Origin: Aquificota bacterium
GTDB lineage: Bacteria > Aquificota > Aquificia > Aquificales > Hydrogenothermaceae
Reading direction: 5' to 3'
DNA length: 64,000 nt
NCBI GenBank assembly: GCA_013153635.1
Contig: JAADDZ010000009.1
Coordinates: 29,967-93,966, forward strand
The position numbers and the translations under genes were made by a program. Below are positions 34,615 to 45,221 of the stretch, in pieces. Position 1 is the stretch's first letter. The number at the start of each line of letters is the position of its first letter. The notes beneath the pieces are model-generated. The model searched no databases, was not told where the DNA came from, and saw only the letters and a program-made list of their open reading frames with translations.

Positions 34615-35415
34615 ATGATTACTCAATATGTTAAACGAAAAATGAAAAATATATCTCTTACTATAGCTGGAAGTGACCCAAGTGGAGGTGCTGGGTTACA
34701 GGTTGATTTGAAGGTTTTTAAAGAATTAGGAGTTTACGGTATGGGGGTGGTATCTTCTCTCACTGTTCAAAACTCTAAAGGAGTCCTTTGTACATATCCG
34801 TTAACAAGAGGTGCGGTATTTCAGCAGATAGACGCTTTGTTTAGAGATTTTAAGATAGATGCTGTAAAAACAGGAATGTTACTAAAAACAGAAGTAGTAG
34901 AAGAAGTGTACAAAGCTTTAGAAAATAAGAATGTAAAAATAGTGGTAGACCCTGTTTTAGTATCGTCTTCTGGAAAACCTCTTTTAGAAGAAAAGGCTAT
35001 ATCTGTGTTAAAAGAAAAACTTTTCTCTATATGTTCTATACTCACTCCTAATCTTCCAGAATTAGAAGTTTTGACAGGTATTGAGATAAAAGGGGAAGAC
35101 GATATAGAAAAAGCTGGTAAGTACTTGATAGATTTTGGCGTGGATACTGTAGTGGTTAAAGGAGGGCATCTAAAAAAAGGTAAAACAGTGATTGATTATA
35201 TCTTTTACGAAGGTAAGTTAGAAAAGCTAGAGTACCCAATGGTGAATGTAGATGATGTACATGGTACTGGGTGTGTACTTTCATCAGCAATCACTGCTTA
35301 TCTGTCTTTTGGTTATGAACATTATAAGGCGATAAGGCTGGCTAGAGCTTTTCTACAGTACAAATTAGAATCTGTTAAAAAGTTAGGTACAGGTTCTTTT
35401 TATTTTATTTTGTAA
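34615..35415 (+). CDS. thiD: Hydroxymethylpyrimidine/phosphomethylpyrimidine kinase ThiD
   Basis: IAGSDPSGGAG, KTGML, DPV and GTGC blocks. The start may be ATG 34642. Confidence 0.9.
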   Translation: MITQYVKRKMKNISLTIAGSDPSGGAGLQVDLKVFKELGVYGMGVVSSLTVQNSKGVLCTYPLTRGAVFQQIDALFRDFKIDAVKTGMLLKTEVVEEVYKALENKNVKIVVDPVLVSSSGKPLLEEKAISVLKEKLFSICSILTPNLPELEVLTGIEIKGEDDIEKAGKYLIDFGVDTVVVKGGHLKKGKTVIDYIFYEGKLEKLEYPMVNVDDVHGTGCVLSSAITAYLSFGYEHYKAIRLARAFLQYKLESVKKLGTGSFYFIL

Positions 35416-36026
35416 GATACAAGTACTCCATCTCTAACAGGGAGTATAACAGAGAAAAAATTCTCCAAAGAGAACATATACTCGTTAAACTCTTTTATAG
35501 CTTTGGTTTGTTTGTCTAAGTTTTTTTCTATTACTTTTCCTTTCCACAAGGTATTATCTGCTATAATGATTCCTCCTATTGAGAGATTTTCTTTTAGTGT
35601 TTCTACAGCTTTTTTATATTTTGTTTTTTGAATATCAATAAATAGAATATCTATATTTTTATACATAGATGCTATTTCTACAGCCTCTCCTACTTTAAAC
35701 TCTGCTTTTTCTAATAGATTTCCTGCGGTAAAAAATTTTTTTGCCAAGTTTAGATTTTCAGGACTTAAATCAGTGAGAACTATTTTTCCTTTATCTAAAG
35801 CTTTCGCAAACCAGTAACCAGAGTAACCAAATCCAGAGCCTAGCTCTACAATGAGTTTTGGGTCTTTTATCTTTGAGAGTATGTACAAAAGTCTTCCTAC
35901 TATCCTATCTACAATAGGAAAACCTGTTTCATGTCCAATCTCTTCCATCTCTAACAGTATTGGGTCTCTTGGAACTGATAGATTGTATATATAACTTTCT
36001 ATATCTGGATTAGTTATGAAGTTCAT
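35400..36026 (-). CDS. Class I SAM-dependent O-methyltransferase (family 3-like)
   Basis: VELGSGFGYS SAM motif and DIDILFIDIQK block. 208 aa. Confidence 0.75.
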   Translation of the reverse strand: MNFITNPDIESYIYNLSVPRDPILLEMEEIGHETGFPIVDRIVGRLLYILSKIKDPKLIVELGSGFGYSGYWFAKALDKGKIVLTDLSPENLNLAKKFFTAGNLLEKAEFKVGEAVEIASMYKNIDILFIDIQKTKYKKAVETLKENLSIGGIIIADNTLWKGKVIEKNLDKQTKAIKEFNEYMFSLENFFSVILPVRDGVLVSYKIK

Positions 36027-36793
36027 TCTTCTTTGAGGGTCTGTTTTATAAAGGGGATTATAATCTGATTGAACTCTTTTGGATTTTCAAAGGGAGGAAG
36101 ATGTGCAGAGTTTGGAACTACATGAAATCTAGCTCCATCTATCCCTTTTGCTATTTTTTCAACGACTTTGGGAGGCGTTACTTTCTCATCATCTTTACCT
36201 GCAATTACCAAAGTAGGTACATATATCGTCTTCAATATTTCTGTGTTGTCTTCTCTTTCAGCAAGAGCCTTCAGAGCTTTAATTATACCCTTCTTGGTAG
36301 CTTTTTCCATTATGCATCTTAATGTTCTCATTTTATACTCATCTTGTTTTGTCGTTGGCGATGTTTGGAGGTCTAGCATTACGTCTATTAAGAATTCTTT
36401 ACCATTTTGTTCTATTCTTTTTATGAGGGCGTATCTCGCTTTTCTTGCCTCATTATCGTCTGCTTCTGCTCTTGTAGCTGTAAAAATGAGTCCTTTTACA
36501 TACTCTTTATACTTTTTCCAGATTTGGAACATTATATACCCACCCATACTATCTCCAATTAGTACAAGGTCTTTTATACCTAGTTGATGAACCTGCCAGA
36601 ATATACTGTCTGCAAGGGTTTCTATTGTATAATCAACATCTGGGGGTGGATTATCACCAAAGCCCGGATAGTCTACAGCTACAAATGGTATATTTTCTTT
36701 TTGGAAGGCTTCCATCTGAAAACGGTACATATCTTTATTGAGAGGAAATGCATGAAGTAATAAAACAGCCTTTTGGAATCCTATTTTCATCAT
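36023..36793 (-). CDS. Alpha/beta-fold hydrolase
   Basis: Nucleophile elbow GDSMGG and C-terminal H in NSAHLP. 256 aa. Confidence 0.75.
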   Translation of the reverse strand: MMKIGFQKAVLLLHAFPLNKDMYRFQMEAFQKENIPFVAVDYPGFGDNPPPDVDYTIETLADSIFWQVHQLGIKDLVLIGDSMGGYIMFQIWKKYKEYVKGLIFTATRAEADDNEARKARYALIKRIEQNGKEFLIDVMLDLQTSPTTKQDEYKMRTLRCIMEKATKKGIIKALKALAEREDNTEILKTIYVPTLVIAGKDDEKVTPPKVVEKIAKGIDGARFHVVPNSAHLPPFENPKEFNQIIIPFIKQTLKEE

Positions 36794-36993
36794 TTAACCG
36801 TTTAGTTTTATTTGTATAGTTAGATTTTAGAATAAAACTTTGACTAAAATCAATTTTTAAAGCTTAAAAACTTTTATAAGCGGTGTATCTTTTGTATATA
36901 ATTATTTGGGACATATATGTATTAAAATTTTGAAAAAATTTTGTAAAAAGATATTTTTTTATATTCAAAACTCTATTTACAAAGAGGCAAGAT

Positions 36994-38592
36994 ATGGCAA
37001 AGCAGATACTTGTATATGATACAACCTTGAGAGATGGTACACAGGCAGAAGGAGTTAGCGTGTCTGTAGAAGATAAATTGCGAATAGCAGAGAAACTTGC
37101 AGATTTTGGAGTTCATTACATAGAAGGAGGTTGGCCCGGCTCTAATCCAAAAGATAAACAGTTTTTTAAGGAAGTTAAAAAGCTAAACCTAAAAGATACC
37201 AAAATTACAGCTTTTGGTTCGACAAGGAGAGCCTATTTAAAAGTAGAACAAGACCCCCAAATACAAGATTTGATAAAAGTAGAAACGCCGGCAATAACTA
37301 TTTTTGGTAAAAGCTGGGATTTGCATGTAACCCAAGCATTAAAAACGACTTTAGAAAAAAATTTAGAGATGATTTTTGATAGTATTCAGTATCTAAAAAG
37401 ATATACAGATGAAGTAATCTTTGATGCAGAACATTTTTTTGATGGGTTTAAAAGTAATAAAGAATATGCTTTATCTATTTTGAAAGTTGCCCAAGAAGCG
37501 GGTGTGGATTTTCTTGTCCTTTGTGATACTAATGGAGGGACTCTTCCCCATGAGATAGAACAGATATTTACTGCTGTTAACGATGCTGGTATAACTGCAA
37601 AGTTAGGTATCCATGCTCATAATGATTCTGATACTGCCGTATGGAACTCAATAGTTGCTGTTACAAAAGGAGGAGCTGTTCAGATACACGGGACTATAAA
37701 CGGTTTTGGAGAAAGATGTGGAAATGCTAATCTCTGTACTATAATACCAAATCTCTCCCTAAAGTTAGGATATGAAACGATACCTAAGCAGAACCTAAGA
37801 AAACTAAAAGAAATATCAAACTTCGTTGCAGATATAGTAAATCTTCCAGTTCCCAAAAATATGCCATATGTAGGAGATAGTGCTTTTGCTCACAAAGGTG
37901 GTGTTCACGCATCAGCAGTGTTAAAAAATCCAAAGCTCTACGAACATATAAATCCAGAAGAGGTAGGAAACCGAAGAAAGATTCTTGTTTCTGATTTGGC
38001 AGGGAAAAGCAATATTATATACAAAGCTAAAGAGATAGGGATAGAGTTAGATGAGAAAGACCCAAGGGTAAATGACATCATAAAGGAGATAAAAGAGTTA
38101 GAAAACTATGGGTATCATTTTGAAGCCGCAGAAGCATCTTTGGAGCTTTTGATTAGAAAACATCTAGGCTTACTACCGAAGTTTTTTGATTTAGACGCTT
38201 ATAGGGTTTTAATAGCAAGGAGATATACAGACAAAACACCTATATCTGAAGCTACAGTGAGAATAAAGATGGAAAGTTCTTATGAGCATACTGCATCTTT
38301 GGGACACGGTCCTGTTAATGCTTTAGACAAAGCATTAAGGAAGGCTTTAATATCGAAATACCCTTCTTTAAAAGAAGTGGAACTTATAGATTATAAAGTG
38401 AGGATAGTTAATGAAAGCGGAGGTACTGCCGCAAAGATAAGAGTGCTAATAGAAAGTAAAGACAAGGAAAAAAAATGGGGGACAGTTGGGGTATCAGACA
38501 ACGTTATAGAGGCATCTTGGCAAGCTGTAGTAGATAGTTTTATATATAAACTTGTTAAAGATAATGTAAAGCCTTTAGAAAAGGAAGTTTAA
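36994..38592 (+). CDS. cimA: Citramalate synthase (2-isopropylmalate synthase family, CimA-type)
   Basis: [15 protein letters not shown] and HKGGVH blocks plus a LeuA-dimer-type C-terminal regulatory domain. 532 aa. Confidence 0.8.
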   Translation: MAKQILVYDTTLRDGTQAEGVSVSVEDKLRIAEKLADFGVHYIEGGWPGSNPKDKQFFKEVKKLNLKDTKITAFGSTRRAYLKVEQDPQIQDLIKVETPAITIFGKSWDLHVTQALKTTLEKNLEMIFDSIQYLKRYTDEVIFDAEHFFDGFKSNKEYALSILKVAQEAGVDFLVLCDTNGGTLPHEIEQIFTAVNDAGITAKLGIHAHNDSDTAVWNSIVAVTKGGAVQIHGTINGFGERCGNANLCTIIPNLSLKLGYETIPKQNLRKLKEISNFVADIVNLPVPKNMPYVGDSAFAHKGGVHASAVLKNPKLYEHINPEEVGNRRKILVSDLAGKSNIIYKAKEIGIELDEKDPRVNDIIKEIKELENYGYHFEAAEASLELLIRKHLGLLPKFFDLDAYRVLIARRYTDKTPISEATVRIKMESSYEHTASLGHGPVNALDKALRKALISKYPSLKEVELIDYKVRIVNESGGTAAKIRVLIESKDKEKKWGTVGVSDNVIEASWQAVVDSFIYKLVKDNVKPLEKEV

Positions 38593-38598
38593 TTTTAA

Positions 38599-39474
38599 AT
38601 GGTAGTACAAAGCAAGAGAATGTTAAAAAGAAAAGTAAAACAAAGATTTAGAAAAACATTTATGAAGTTTCTAAGAAAAGAGAGGCTACTAGATAGGATT
38701 CAGGACGAAAGCAAAAATTGGACTGTAAAAGGTTTTATTGATAGAGATAAAAATATCTATGAGATAACAAGTGATACTAAATTAATCTCCAAAATTTTAG
38801 AAATTCAGATACTACCGTTTATATTGAAATTTGGAAAAGAATATAAATATGAAGTAAAACTACCTAAGCATCAAAATACCTACCCAGATTTTACGCTTAT
38901 AGATTTGGAACTAAATCAAAAGATAGCATTAGATTTAAAAACTAGTTACAAAGAGAAAGGTAAGTTGAAAGGTTTTACTTTAGGTTCTCATGGCACATAT
39001 TTTAGAGATAGAAATAGTACAAAAAATATAATGTATCCATATAAAGAATACGCAGGACATTTTATCTTAGGTCTAATTTATGAAAGAGTAGAAAAAAGTG
39101 ATATTGATGTTAAAGTTTATTCAATTGACGATTTGGAAAAAATAGTTTCCTCTATAAAGAATATAGAAATATTTTTATGTGAAAAGTGGCAAGTGGCTAG
39201 TGATAAACAAGGTAGTTCCAATACTGCAAATATTGGGAGTATAAAAGATTTAGAAAAGTTAAAAAATTGTGAAGGAATTTTTACTATATTTGGGGAAGAA
39301 GGAGAAGAAATTTTTGATGATTACTGGATTAACTATGGAATCATAAACCCAAAAACAAAAGAAAAAATAAAAAATGTTAAAGAATTTCTTGAATATAAAA
39401 ATAGAAATGACCTAATAGATATTTTAAAAAAGTCATCTGGAGAAAATGATGAAGATACTAACTCCACCAATTAA
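38599..39474 (+). CDS. Type II restriction endonuclease, EcoRV family
   Basis: Blocks I recognise from R.EcoRV: NIYEITSDTK, HQNTYPDFTL + IALDLKTSY (the PD...D-x-K core), NSTKNIMYP, GSSNTANIGSI (EcoRV GSGNTTNIGSI recognition loop) and DDYWINY. By alignment the true start may be ATG 38662. Confidence 0.8.
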   Translation: MVVQSKRMLKRKVKQRFRKTFMKFLRKERLLDRIQDESKNWTVKGFIDRDKNIYEITSDTKLISKILEIQILPFILKFGKEYKYEVKLPKHQNTYPDFTLIDLELNQKIALDLKTSYKEKGKLKGFTLGSHGTYFRDRNSTKNIMYPYKEYAGHFILGLIYERVEKSDIDVKVYSIDDLEKIVSSIKNIEIFLCEKWQVASDKQGSSNTANIGSIKDLEKLKNCEGIFTIFGEEGEEIFDDYWINYGIINPKTKEKIKNVKEFLEYKNRNDLIDILKKSSGENDEDTNSTN

Positions 39475-40282
39475 AATACAAGGGAAAAAAAGTAAATTAG
39501 CAGAATGGATATTGAGCTTTATACCCTCTGATTTTGTAAATAATAAAATCTATATAGAACCATTTGTTGGTTCTGGAGTTGTAGGTTTTAATTTAAATCC
39601 AAAGAAAGCTATATTTGCAGATATAAATCCACATATAATTAGGTTCTATAAAGATTTACAAAAAGATATAATTACTCCAAATATTGTTAAAAATTTTCTT
39701 ATTTCAGAGGGAGAAAAACTAAAAATAAAAGGTGCAGATTACTATTATGAGGTTAGAGAAAGATTTAACAAAGAACCTAGCTCTTTAGATTTTATATTCC
39801 TAAATAGAGCCTCTTTTAACGGAGTCATTAGATTTAACAAAAGGGGAAACTTTAATGTCCCTTTTTGTAAAAATAAAGATAGATTCTCTAAAGCATATAT
39901 TACAAAGATATATAATCAAATTAATTGGCTTTATTTTAGAATAAAAAATAACGATTGGATATTTTTAAATGAAGATTTTAGAGAAGTTTTAAAAAAGGCT
40001 GACAAGAATAATCTTGTTTATCTTGACCCTCCATACATAGCAAGGCATTGCGACTATTTTAATAAGTGGAATGATAAAGATGAGCAGGATTTATTTAATC
40101 TAATACTAACTAAAAAATTCTATTTTATATTATCTTCATGGCAGAAAAACTCATATAGAGAAAACCCTTATCTGTTTAAATATTTTGAAAAAAATTTTAA
40201 AATTCATACAAGAAAACATTTTTACATTGTAAAAGGAAAAAAAGAAAAATCCATCTATGAAGCTGTGATTATGAATAGATGA
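39446..40282 (+). CDS. N6-adenine DNA methyltransferase, M.EcoRV/Dam family
   Basis: PPIKIQGKKSKL, FxGxG EPFVGSGVV, YYYEVRERFN, FNVPFCK and catalytic VYLDPPYIA. Overlaps the endonuclease gene by 29 nt. Confidence 0.85.
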   Translation: MMKILTPPIKIQGKKSKLAEWILSFIPSDFVNNKIYIEPFVGSGVVGFNLNPKKAIFADINPHIIRFYKDLQKDIITPNIVKNFLISEGEKLKIKGADYYYEVRERFNKEPSSLDFIFLNRASFNGVIRFNKRGNFNVPFCKNKDRFSKAYITKIYNQINWLYFRIKNNDWIFLNEDFREVLKKADKNNLVYLDPPYIARHCDYFNKWNDKDEQDLFNLILTKKFYFILSSWQKNSYRENPYLFKYFEKNFKIHTRKHFYIVKGKKEKSIYEAVIMNR

Positions 40283-40305
40283 AATATTCAATACAAGGAG
40301 GTAGA

Positions 40306-40875
40306 ATGAAAAATAGTCATTGCTTTGTTACTGTTCTCCATTATCCCGCCTTAAATAAAGATGGAAAATGGATAGTGACCTCATTTACTACTTTAGACTT
40401 TCACGACATTGCAAGACCTGCTAGGACTTATGAGCTTGGAGCTTATTATATAGTCCAACCTTTAGAAGCACAGCAATTTGTGATAAAAGAGCAGAAAAAA
40501 TACTGGACAGAAGGTTTTGGTAAAGAGTTCAACCCAAGGAGATATGAAGCCGCAAAGATTGTTGAACTTAAAACATCTCTATCTGAAGTGATTGACGACA
40601 TTAAAAATAAAACAGGAAAAGAACCAAAGCTCGTTGCAACTTCAGCAAAGGAGTATCCTCAAACGGTTTCCTATCAAGAACTTAGAAAAAAGATACAAGC
40701 AGTGGAGGATATTTATCTTTTAATGTTTGGAACTGGTTGGGGTATGCCTTCAGAGCTTGTAGAAGCTTGTGACTATGTGTTAGAACCTATTCTCGGTGCT
40801 GGAGATTACAATCATCTCTCTGTAAGAAATGCCGCATCTATCATAATGGATAGACTCTTTTCACCAAACAGGTAA
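40306..40875 (+). CDS. Predicted SPOUT-like RNA methyltransferase (Methyltrn_RNA_4-like)
   Basis: ATG 40306 follows AAGGAGG. Blocks VTSFTTLDFHDIARP, LMFGTGWGMP and HLSVRNAASIIMDRL match my memory of this family. Moderate certainty only. Confidence 0.45.
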   Translation: MKNSHCFVTVLHYPALNKDGKWIVTSFTTLDFHDIARPARTYELGAYYIVQPLEAQQFVIKEQKKYWTEGFGKEFNPRRYEAAKIVELKTSLSEVIDDIKNKTGKEPKLVATSAKEYPQTVSYQELRKKIQAVEDIYLLMFGTGWGMPSELVEACDYVLEPILGAGDYNHLSVRNAASIIMDRLFSPNR

Positions 40876-40886
40876 AGGAAGGTTAA

Positions 40887-41948
40887 ATGTTATATCACTT
40901 ACTTTATCAATATTTTGATGTAAATCTATTTAAATATATAACCTTTAGAGGATTCCTTGCATTATTAACCGCTTTTTTTCTTTCACTTATTATTTATCCA
41001 TACATAATAAAAAAATTGAGAGCTATACAGAGATTAAAAGGAGGTTACAAAAGAGATTTTCTAGATAACCATGTTTCTAAAAGATATACTCCTTCTATGG
41101 GAGGAGTTCTTATCGGTATAACTGTTGTGGTTTCTTCTCTTTTGTGGTGTAGGTTTGACAATTTTTTTATCTGGGTTTTACTTTTTGTACTTGTTTCTTT
41201 TGGAACTTTAGGTTTTATAGACGATTGGAAAAAGTTAAACAAAAAAGCTGGGATTTCAGCAAGGGTGAAGTTTCTGTTCCAGATTATCTTTGCTTCTGTT
41301 GCTTCTTTGGCGTTGTATGTTTATCCAAAGTTTAATTCTATTTTGTACTTTCCCTTTTTTAAAAATCTGTACTTTGATTTAGGTATTTTTTATTTTTTCT
41401 TTATGATTTTTATTATTGTAGCTTCTTCTAATGCTGTAAATCTTACAGATGGTCTTGATGGTTTGGCTATAGGTCCTGCTCTTATTTCGATTTCCGCTTT
41501 TTCTATATTTGCCTATATTGCTGGAAATGCTGTCCTATCTAGTTATCTTTTCTTACCTTTCATAGAAGGAAGTGGAGAGGTAGCTGTGTTTTTAATGGCT
41601 TTACTTGGTGCTGGGCTTGGATTTTTATGGTTTAACTCTTTCCCTGCTGACATTTTTATGGGAGATTCAGGCTCTCTTTCTATAGGGGCGGTACTAGGGA
41701 CTGTAGCAATAATAACTAAACAAGAGATAGTATTGGCTATCGTTGGTGGGATTTTTGTGGTAGAGACCCTTTCTGTAATTATACAGGTTTTTTACTATAA
41801 ACTTACAGGAAAACGGATATTTCTTATGGCACCTATTCATCATCATTTTGAAAAGCTAGGAATCCCAGAAAACAAAATAGTTGTACGTATATGGATAATA
41901 TCTATTATCTTAGCAATCATAGCCCTTTCTACCTTAAAAATCAGATAG
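40887..41948 (+). CDS. mraY: Phospho-N-acetylmuramoyl-pentapeptide transferase MraY
   Basis: PSMGG, NAVNLTDGLDGLA, FMGDSGSL and PIHHHFE blocks. 353 aa. Confidence 0.95.
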   Translation: MLYHLLYQYFDVNLFKYITFRGFLALLTAFFLSLIIYPYIIKKLRAIQRLKGGYKRDFLDNHVSKRYTPSMGGVLIGITVVVSSLLWCRFDNFFIWVLLFVLVSFGTLGFIDDWKKLNKKAGISARVKFLFQIIFASVASLALYVYPKFNSILYFPFFKNLYFDLGIFYFFFMIFIIVASSNAVNLTDGLDGLAIGPALISISAFSIFAYIAGNAVLSSYLFLPFIEGSGEVAVFLMALLGAGLGFLWFNSFPADIFMGDSGSLSIGAVLGTVAIITKQEIVLAIVGGIFVVETLSVIIQVFYYKLTGKRIFLMAPIHHHFEKLGIPENKIVVRIWIISIILAIIALSTLKIR

Positions 41949-42012
41949 ATTTAAGTTTGTCTCTCTTCTAGACGAAATCTGGTATAGTACAGAATAAAAG
42001 GAGTGTTTTGCT

Positions 42013-43386
42013 GTGAGAACAAACATTCTACGAAAAGAGGTAGAATCTCCTTTTGAGAATGATGAGATATTTTTTTCTACCACTGATTTAAAAGGTATCA
42101 TAAACTCTGGAAATGATGTTTTTGCACGGGTAAGTAAATATCCTATAGAAGAGATGATAGGTAAGCCTCACAATATTGTAAGACACCCAGACATGCCAAA
42201 AGTAGTATTTAAGTTACTTTGGGACTATATCCAAAGAGGAAAACCGATAGTAGCATACGTGAAAAATATGGCAAAAGATGGCAGTTATTACTGGGTTCTT
42301 GCGGTAGTCTCTCCTTTGTTCAATGAAGAAGGAGAAGTCTACAGATATATATCTATAAGAATAAAACCTACTTCTGATTTTTTCAAAACTATACAAAAGC
42401 TATACAAAGAACTTATAAAAGCAGAGTATTTAGGTGGTATAGAGGAGAGTAAAACTCTTTTGGAGCAAAAATTAAAGGAGTTAGGTTTTGATAGTTATGA
42501 TGATTTTATGAAAAAAGCTCTTGAGCTTGAACTAAAACAAAAAGGGTCTGTTTTGGAAAAACAGATAGACATATCAGAAATAGACAAGGATTTTATAGAC
42601 CTATTTAATATGTACAAAATTTTTAAGAATATAGAGGTTACCTATCAGAATATATACGAGTTTTTATATTCATTTTCCAAAGTAGGGGCAACTATAAAAG
42701 AGAAAGCTCAAGACATATTGACTATCTCTGAAGATGTGAGACTTATCTCTCTAAATTCTTCTGTTGAGTCTTATAAGCTTGGTTCCCAAGGTAACTCCTT
42801 TTTTGTATTATCTACAGAGATGAGAAAAACAGCAGAAAAAAGTGGAAAGCTGACTCAAAAAATGGAAAATATCCTAAACGATACATTAAAAGATATAGAT
42901 GATATGGTTTTTTACATGAATCTATCAAAGTTAGGTATATACATGATGAGTAATTTCCTTGCTGAAGTTTTAACGAGAGATGTACTTAATAGATTGACTA
43001 CTATAATGACTGATATTTTGGACAATTTTAGATTTGTATCTTATTATCTAAACAAATTGGACAGGATTTCTTCAGGGCTAAACAGTAGTTTAAGTGAAAT
43101 ATTAACGATAATCAATAGTGTAAATATCCTTATAAAGAGACTTCACTTTTTGTATTTAACAGGAATGGTAGAGTCAGCTCATCAAGTTAAAACAAGTTTT
43201 TCTCTTATCTTTACTCAAGTGAGTAATCTTGTAGAAAAAACAAAAGGTACTATAACAGAGTTAAGTATAGAGTTAAAAAATGTTCTAGAAGTGAACAAAA
43301 ACTTAAATTCAGAACTAAAATCTATAATAAGCTTAACAAGAGATGTTAAAACCAAATTCGAGGAAGAGCAGTTTGTAGAAACTTAA
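42013..43386 (+). CDS. Soluble Aer-like PAS protein with a degenerate MCP-signalling-like C-terminal coiled coil
   Basis: GTG start. PAS block (TDLKGIINSGNDVFARVSKY...GKPHNIVRHPDMP...DGSYYWVLA). C-terminal LNSSVESYKLGSQGNSFFVLSTEMRKTAEKS resembles the MCP hairpin tip [28 protein letters not shown].S. Confidence 0.6.
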   Translation: MRTNILRKEVESPFENDEIFFSTTDLKGIINSGNDVFARVSKYPIEEMIGKPHNIVRHPDMPKVVFKLLWDYIQRGKPIVAYVKNMAKDGSYYWVLAVVSPLFNEEGEVYRYISIRIKPTSDFFKTIQKLYKELIKAEYLGGIEESKTLLEQKLKELGFDSYDDFMKKALELELKQKGSVLEKQIDISEIDKDFIDLFNMYKIFKNIEVTYQNIYEFLYSFSKVGATIKEKAQDILTISEDVRLISLNSSVESYKLGSQGNSFFVLSTEMRKTAEKSGKLTQKMENILNDTLKDIDDMVFYMNLSKLGIYMMSNFLAEVLTRDVLNRLTTIMTDILDNFRFVSYYLNKLDRISSGLNSSLSEILTIINSVNILIKRLHFLYLTGMVESAHQVKTSFSLIFTQVSNLVEKTKGTITELSIELKNVLEVNKNLNSELKSIISLTRDVKTKFEEEQFVET

Positions 43387-45221
43387 TCAGTTTCTATTAT
43401 TTGGTACTTTTTTATAAAGTTTTCATCTATCTTTATAATACCTTTTTTAGCTAATCTTGATATAACTTGTTTATCACAAAATACATCACTTGGCCATTTT
43501 CTCTTGTATCCATCAATACTTGTTTTTACTGTAGCATCTATACCTATTATATCTTCTACCCATACATCATAAAGAGCATCTATGTTGTTAGTTATCCTCC
43601 ATACAAGCATGTAAGGATTATCAAGGTCATTTTGATAATCATCAATAAATATAACTATTTTTAGATGGTCTTTTAATTTTTTTATTTTTTTAAAAAGTTC
43701 TCTCATTGGTTTTGATTTCTTGACTTTTACTACGGTTATAGGGTTAGGGGTATCTTTAAAAAACTGTTTTAGTTCTACTACAGAGCTGTCTAAAGATTTG
43801 AATTTTTCCTCTAGTTCCTTGTCTTCTAAAACAGATAAGTTACTGTCGGTTATAGTACCGCTTTGAGTTACATCTATACCAAGTTTACCACCGACTAACT
43901 CCTCATAACTAGCATGGTCTAACTGGTCTACGACACCTTGAGTTATGAGTATATTTTCAGGGGTTAACCTATTTAAAACATAGTAAGCTAAACCTTTATA
44001 ATCTGTTAAATCAGGAGCATCTTTTTTTACAAAGATAGCGTGTTTTACAAAACTCATCTGTCCCACACCCCAAAAAGCATGCATTATTTGCTTGGCATGT
44101 CCTTTATAAAGAGGATTTATCTTTGTCAGGATAAGATTGTGAAACACAGCATTTTCCGGCATATGGTAGTCCACTATATCTGGATTGGTAGTTTTTAGTA
44201 AAGGCAAAAATATCCGTTCTGTTGCCCACCCCATATATTTGTCCTCACAAGGAGGTTTTCCAACTACTGTTGCATAGTAGATAGCCTCTTTTTTTATTGT
44301 TATAGCTTTTACATCGATGAGAGGAAACATCTCGATAGGAGTATAGTAACCTGTATGGTCTCCAAAGGGTCCCTCTGGGACTAAGATGTCTGGGTTTACT
44401 TCCCCCTCTATTATAATGTCAGCATCTTCAGGTACATACAAATCGTTGGTTATACACTTTACAAGTTTTGCTGGTTTTTTTCTTATAAATCCATAAAGGA
44501 GCAACTCAAAAATTCCATATGGCATAGGAGCTTGTCCACACCAAGTATACAAAGGGTCTCCACCTATAGCTATAGCTACAGGCATCTTTTTTCCGTATCT
44601 TTTATATTCATGAAAAAAATGATTTGCATCTTTATGAACTTGCCAATGAGCTATAAGCTGATTATGAGATAGTTTTTGTAACCTATACATTCCTACATTT
44701 GATATACTTGCATCTAAACTTTGGGTATAAATCTGTCCTGCAGTTATGAATTTTCCTGCATCTTTAGACCAAGTTTTCAGTATAGGAATCTTATCTAGAT
44801 TTACCTCATTTCCAAGATAGTGAACCTGCCTAAAGGTACTCTTTTTATTTTTTCTTTTTGGGAAAACACTCTTTAATTGAAAAAGTTTTTTAAAAGAGGA
44901 GATTTTTTCTTGTATATTAGTAGGAGGCTTTATTTTCAAAATCTGCTCTATCTCTTTAGCAATATCATCTGGGTGTTTTCCAAAAATAACCTCTGTCATA
45001 TCAAAACCAGCAAACAGATTCATCACCACAGGTATGTTGTACTTTCTATCTTCCAAACTATCTATAGGATTTGTAAACAGAAGGACGTTAGGTTTTTCTT
45101 TTTTGATTTCTATATATGCGATATGTGGAATCTCAAGGTTCACATCTAAAGGTTCATCAAAAACTTTCAATCTACCTTTTTGTTTTGCAATTTCTAAAAA
45201 CATTTTTAAATCCATGCTCAT
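43383..45221 (-). CDS. UbiD-family (prenyl-FMN dependent) decarboxylase, quinone biosynthesis type
   Basis: 612 aa. Blocks NVGMYRLQ, GGDP and FGDHTGYY typical of UbiD. Confidence 0.85.
   Translation of the reverse strand: MSMDLKMFLEIAKQKGRLKVFDEPLDVNLEIPHIAYIEIKKEKPNVLLFTNPIDSLEDRKYNIPVVMNLFAGFDMTEVIFGKHPDDIAKEIEQILKIKPPTNIQEKISSFKKLFQLKSVFPKRKNKKSTFRQVHYLGNEVNLDKIPILKTWSKDAGKFITAGQIYTQSLDASISNVGMYRLQKLSHNQLIAHWQVHKDANHFFHEYKRYGKKMPVAIAIGGDPLYTWCGQAPMPYGIFELLLYGFIRKKPAKLVKCITNDLYVPEDADIIIEGEVNPDILVPEGPFGDHTGYYTPIEMFPLIDVKAITIKKEAIYYATVVGKPPCEDKYMGWATERIFLPLLKTTNPDIVDYHMPENAVFHNLILTKINPLYKGHAKQIMHAFWGVGQMSFVKHAIFVKKDAPDLTDYKGLAYYVLNRLTPENILITQGVVDQLDHASYEELVGGKLGIDVTQSGTITDSNLSVLEDKELEEKFKSLDSSVVELKQFFKDTPNPITVVKVKKSKPMRELFKKIKKLKDHLKIVIFIDDYQNDLDNPYMLVWRITNNIDALYDVWVEDIIGIDATVKTSIDGYKRKWPSDVFCDKQVISRLAKKGIIKIDENFIKKYQIIETD

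Noticed and set aside
34542-34644. Possible TPP riboswitch upstream of thiD
   Set aside because: The region is short and almost purely A/T, with no CTGAGA / ACCTGATCTGGATAATGCCAGCG-like THI-box elements.
36794-36993. Possible leader, attenuator or T-box upstream of cimA
   Set aside because: I found no stable stems, no specifier/T-box sequence and no leader peptide rich in branched-chain codons. It appears to be only AT-rich promoter-like sequence.
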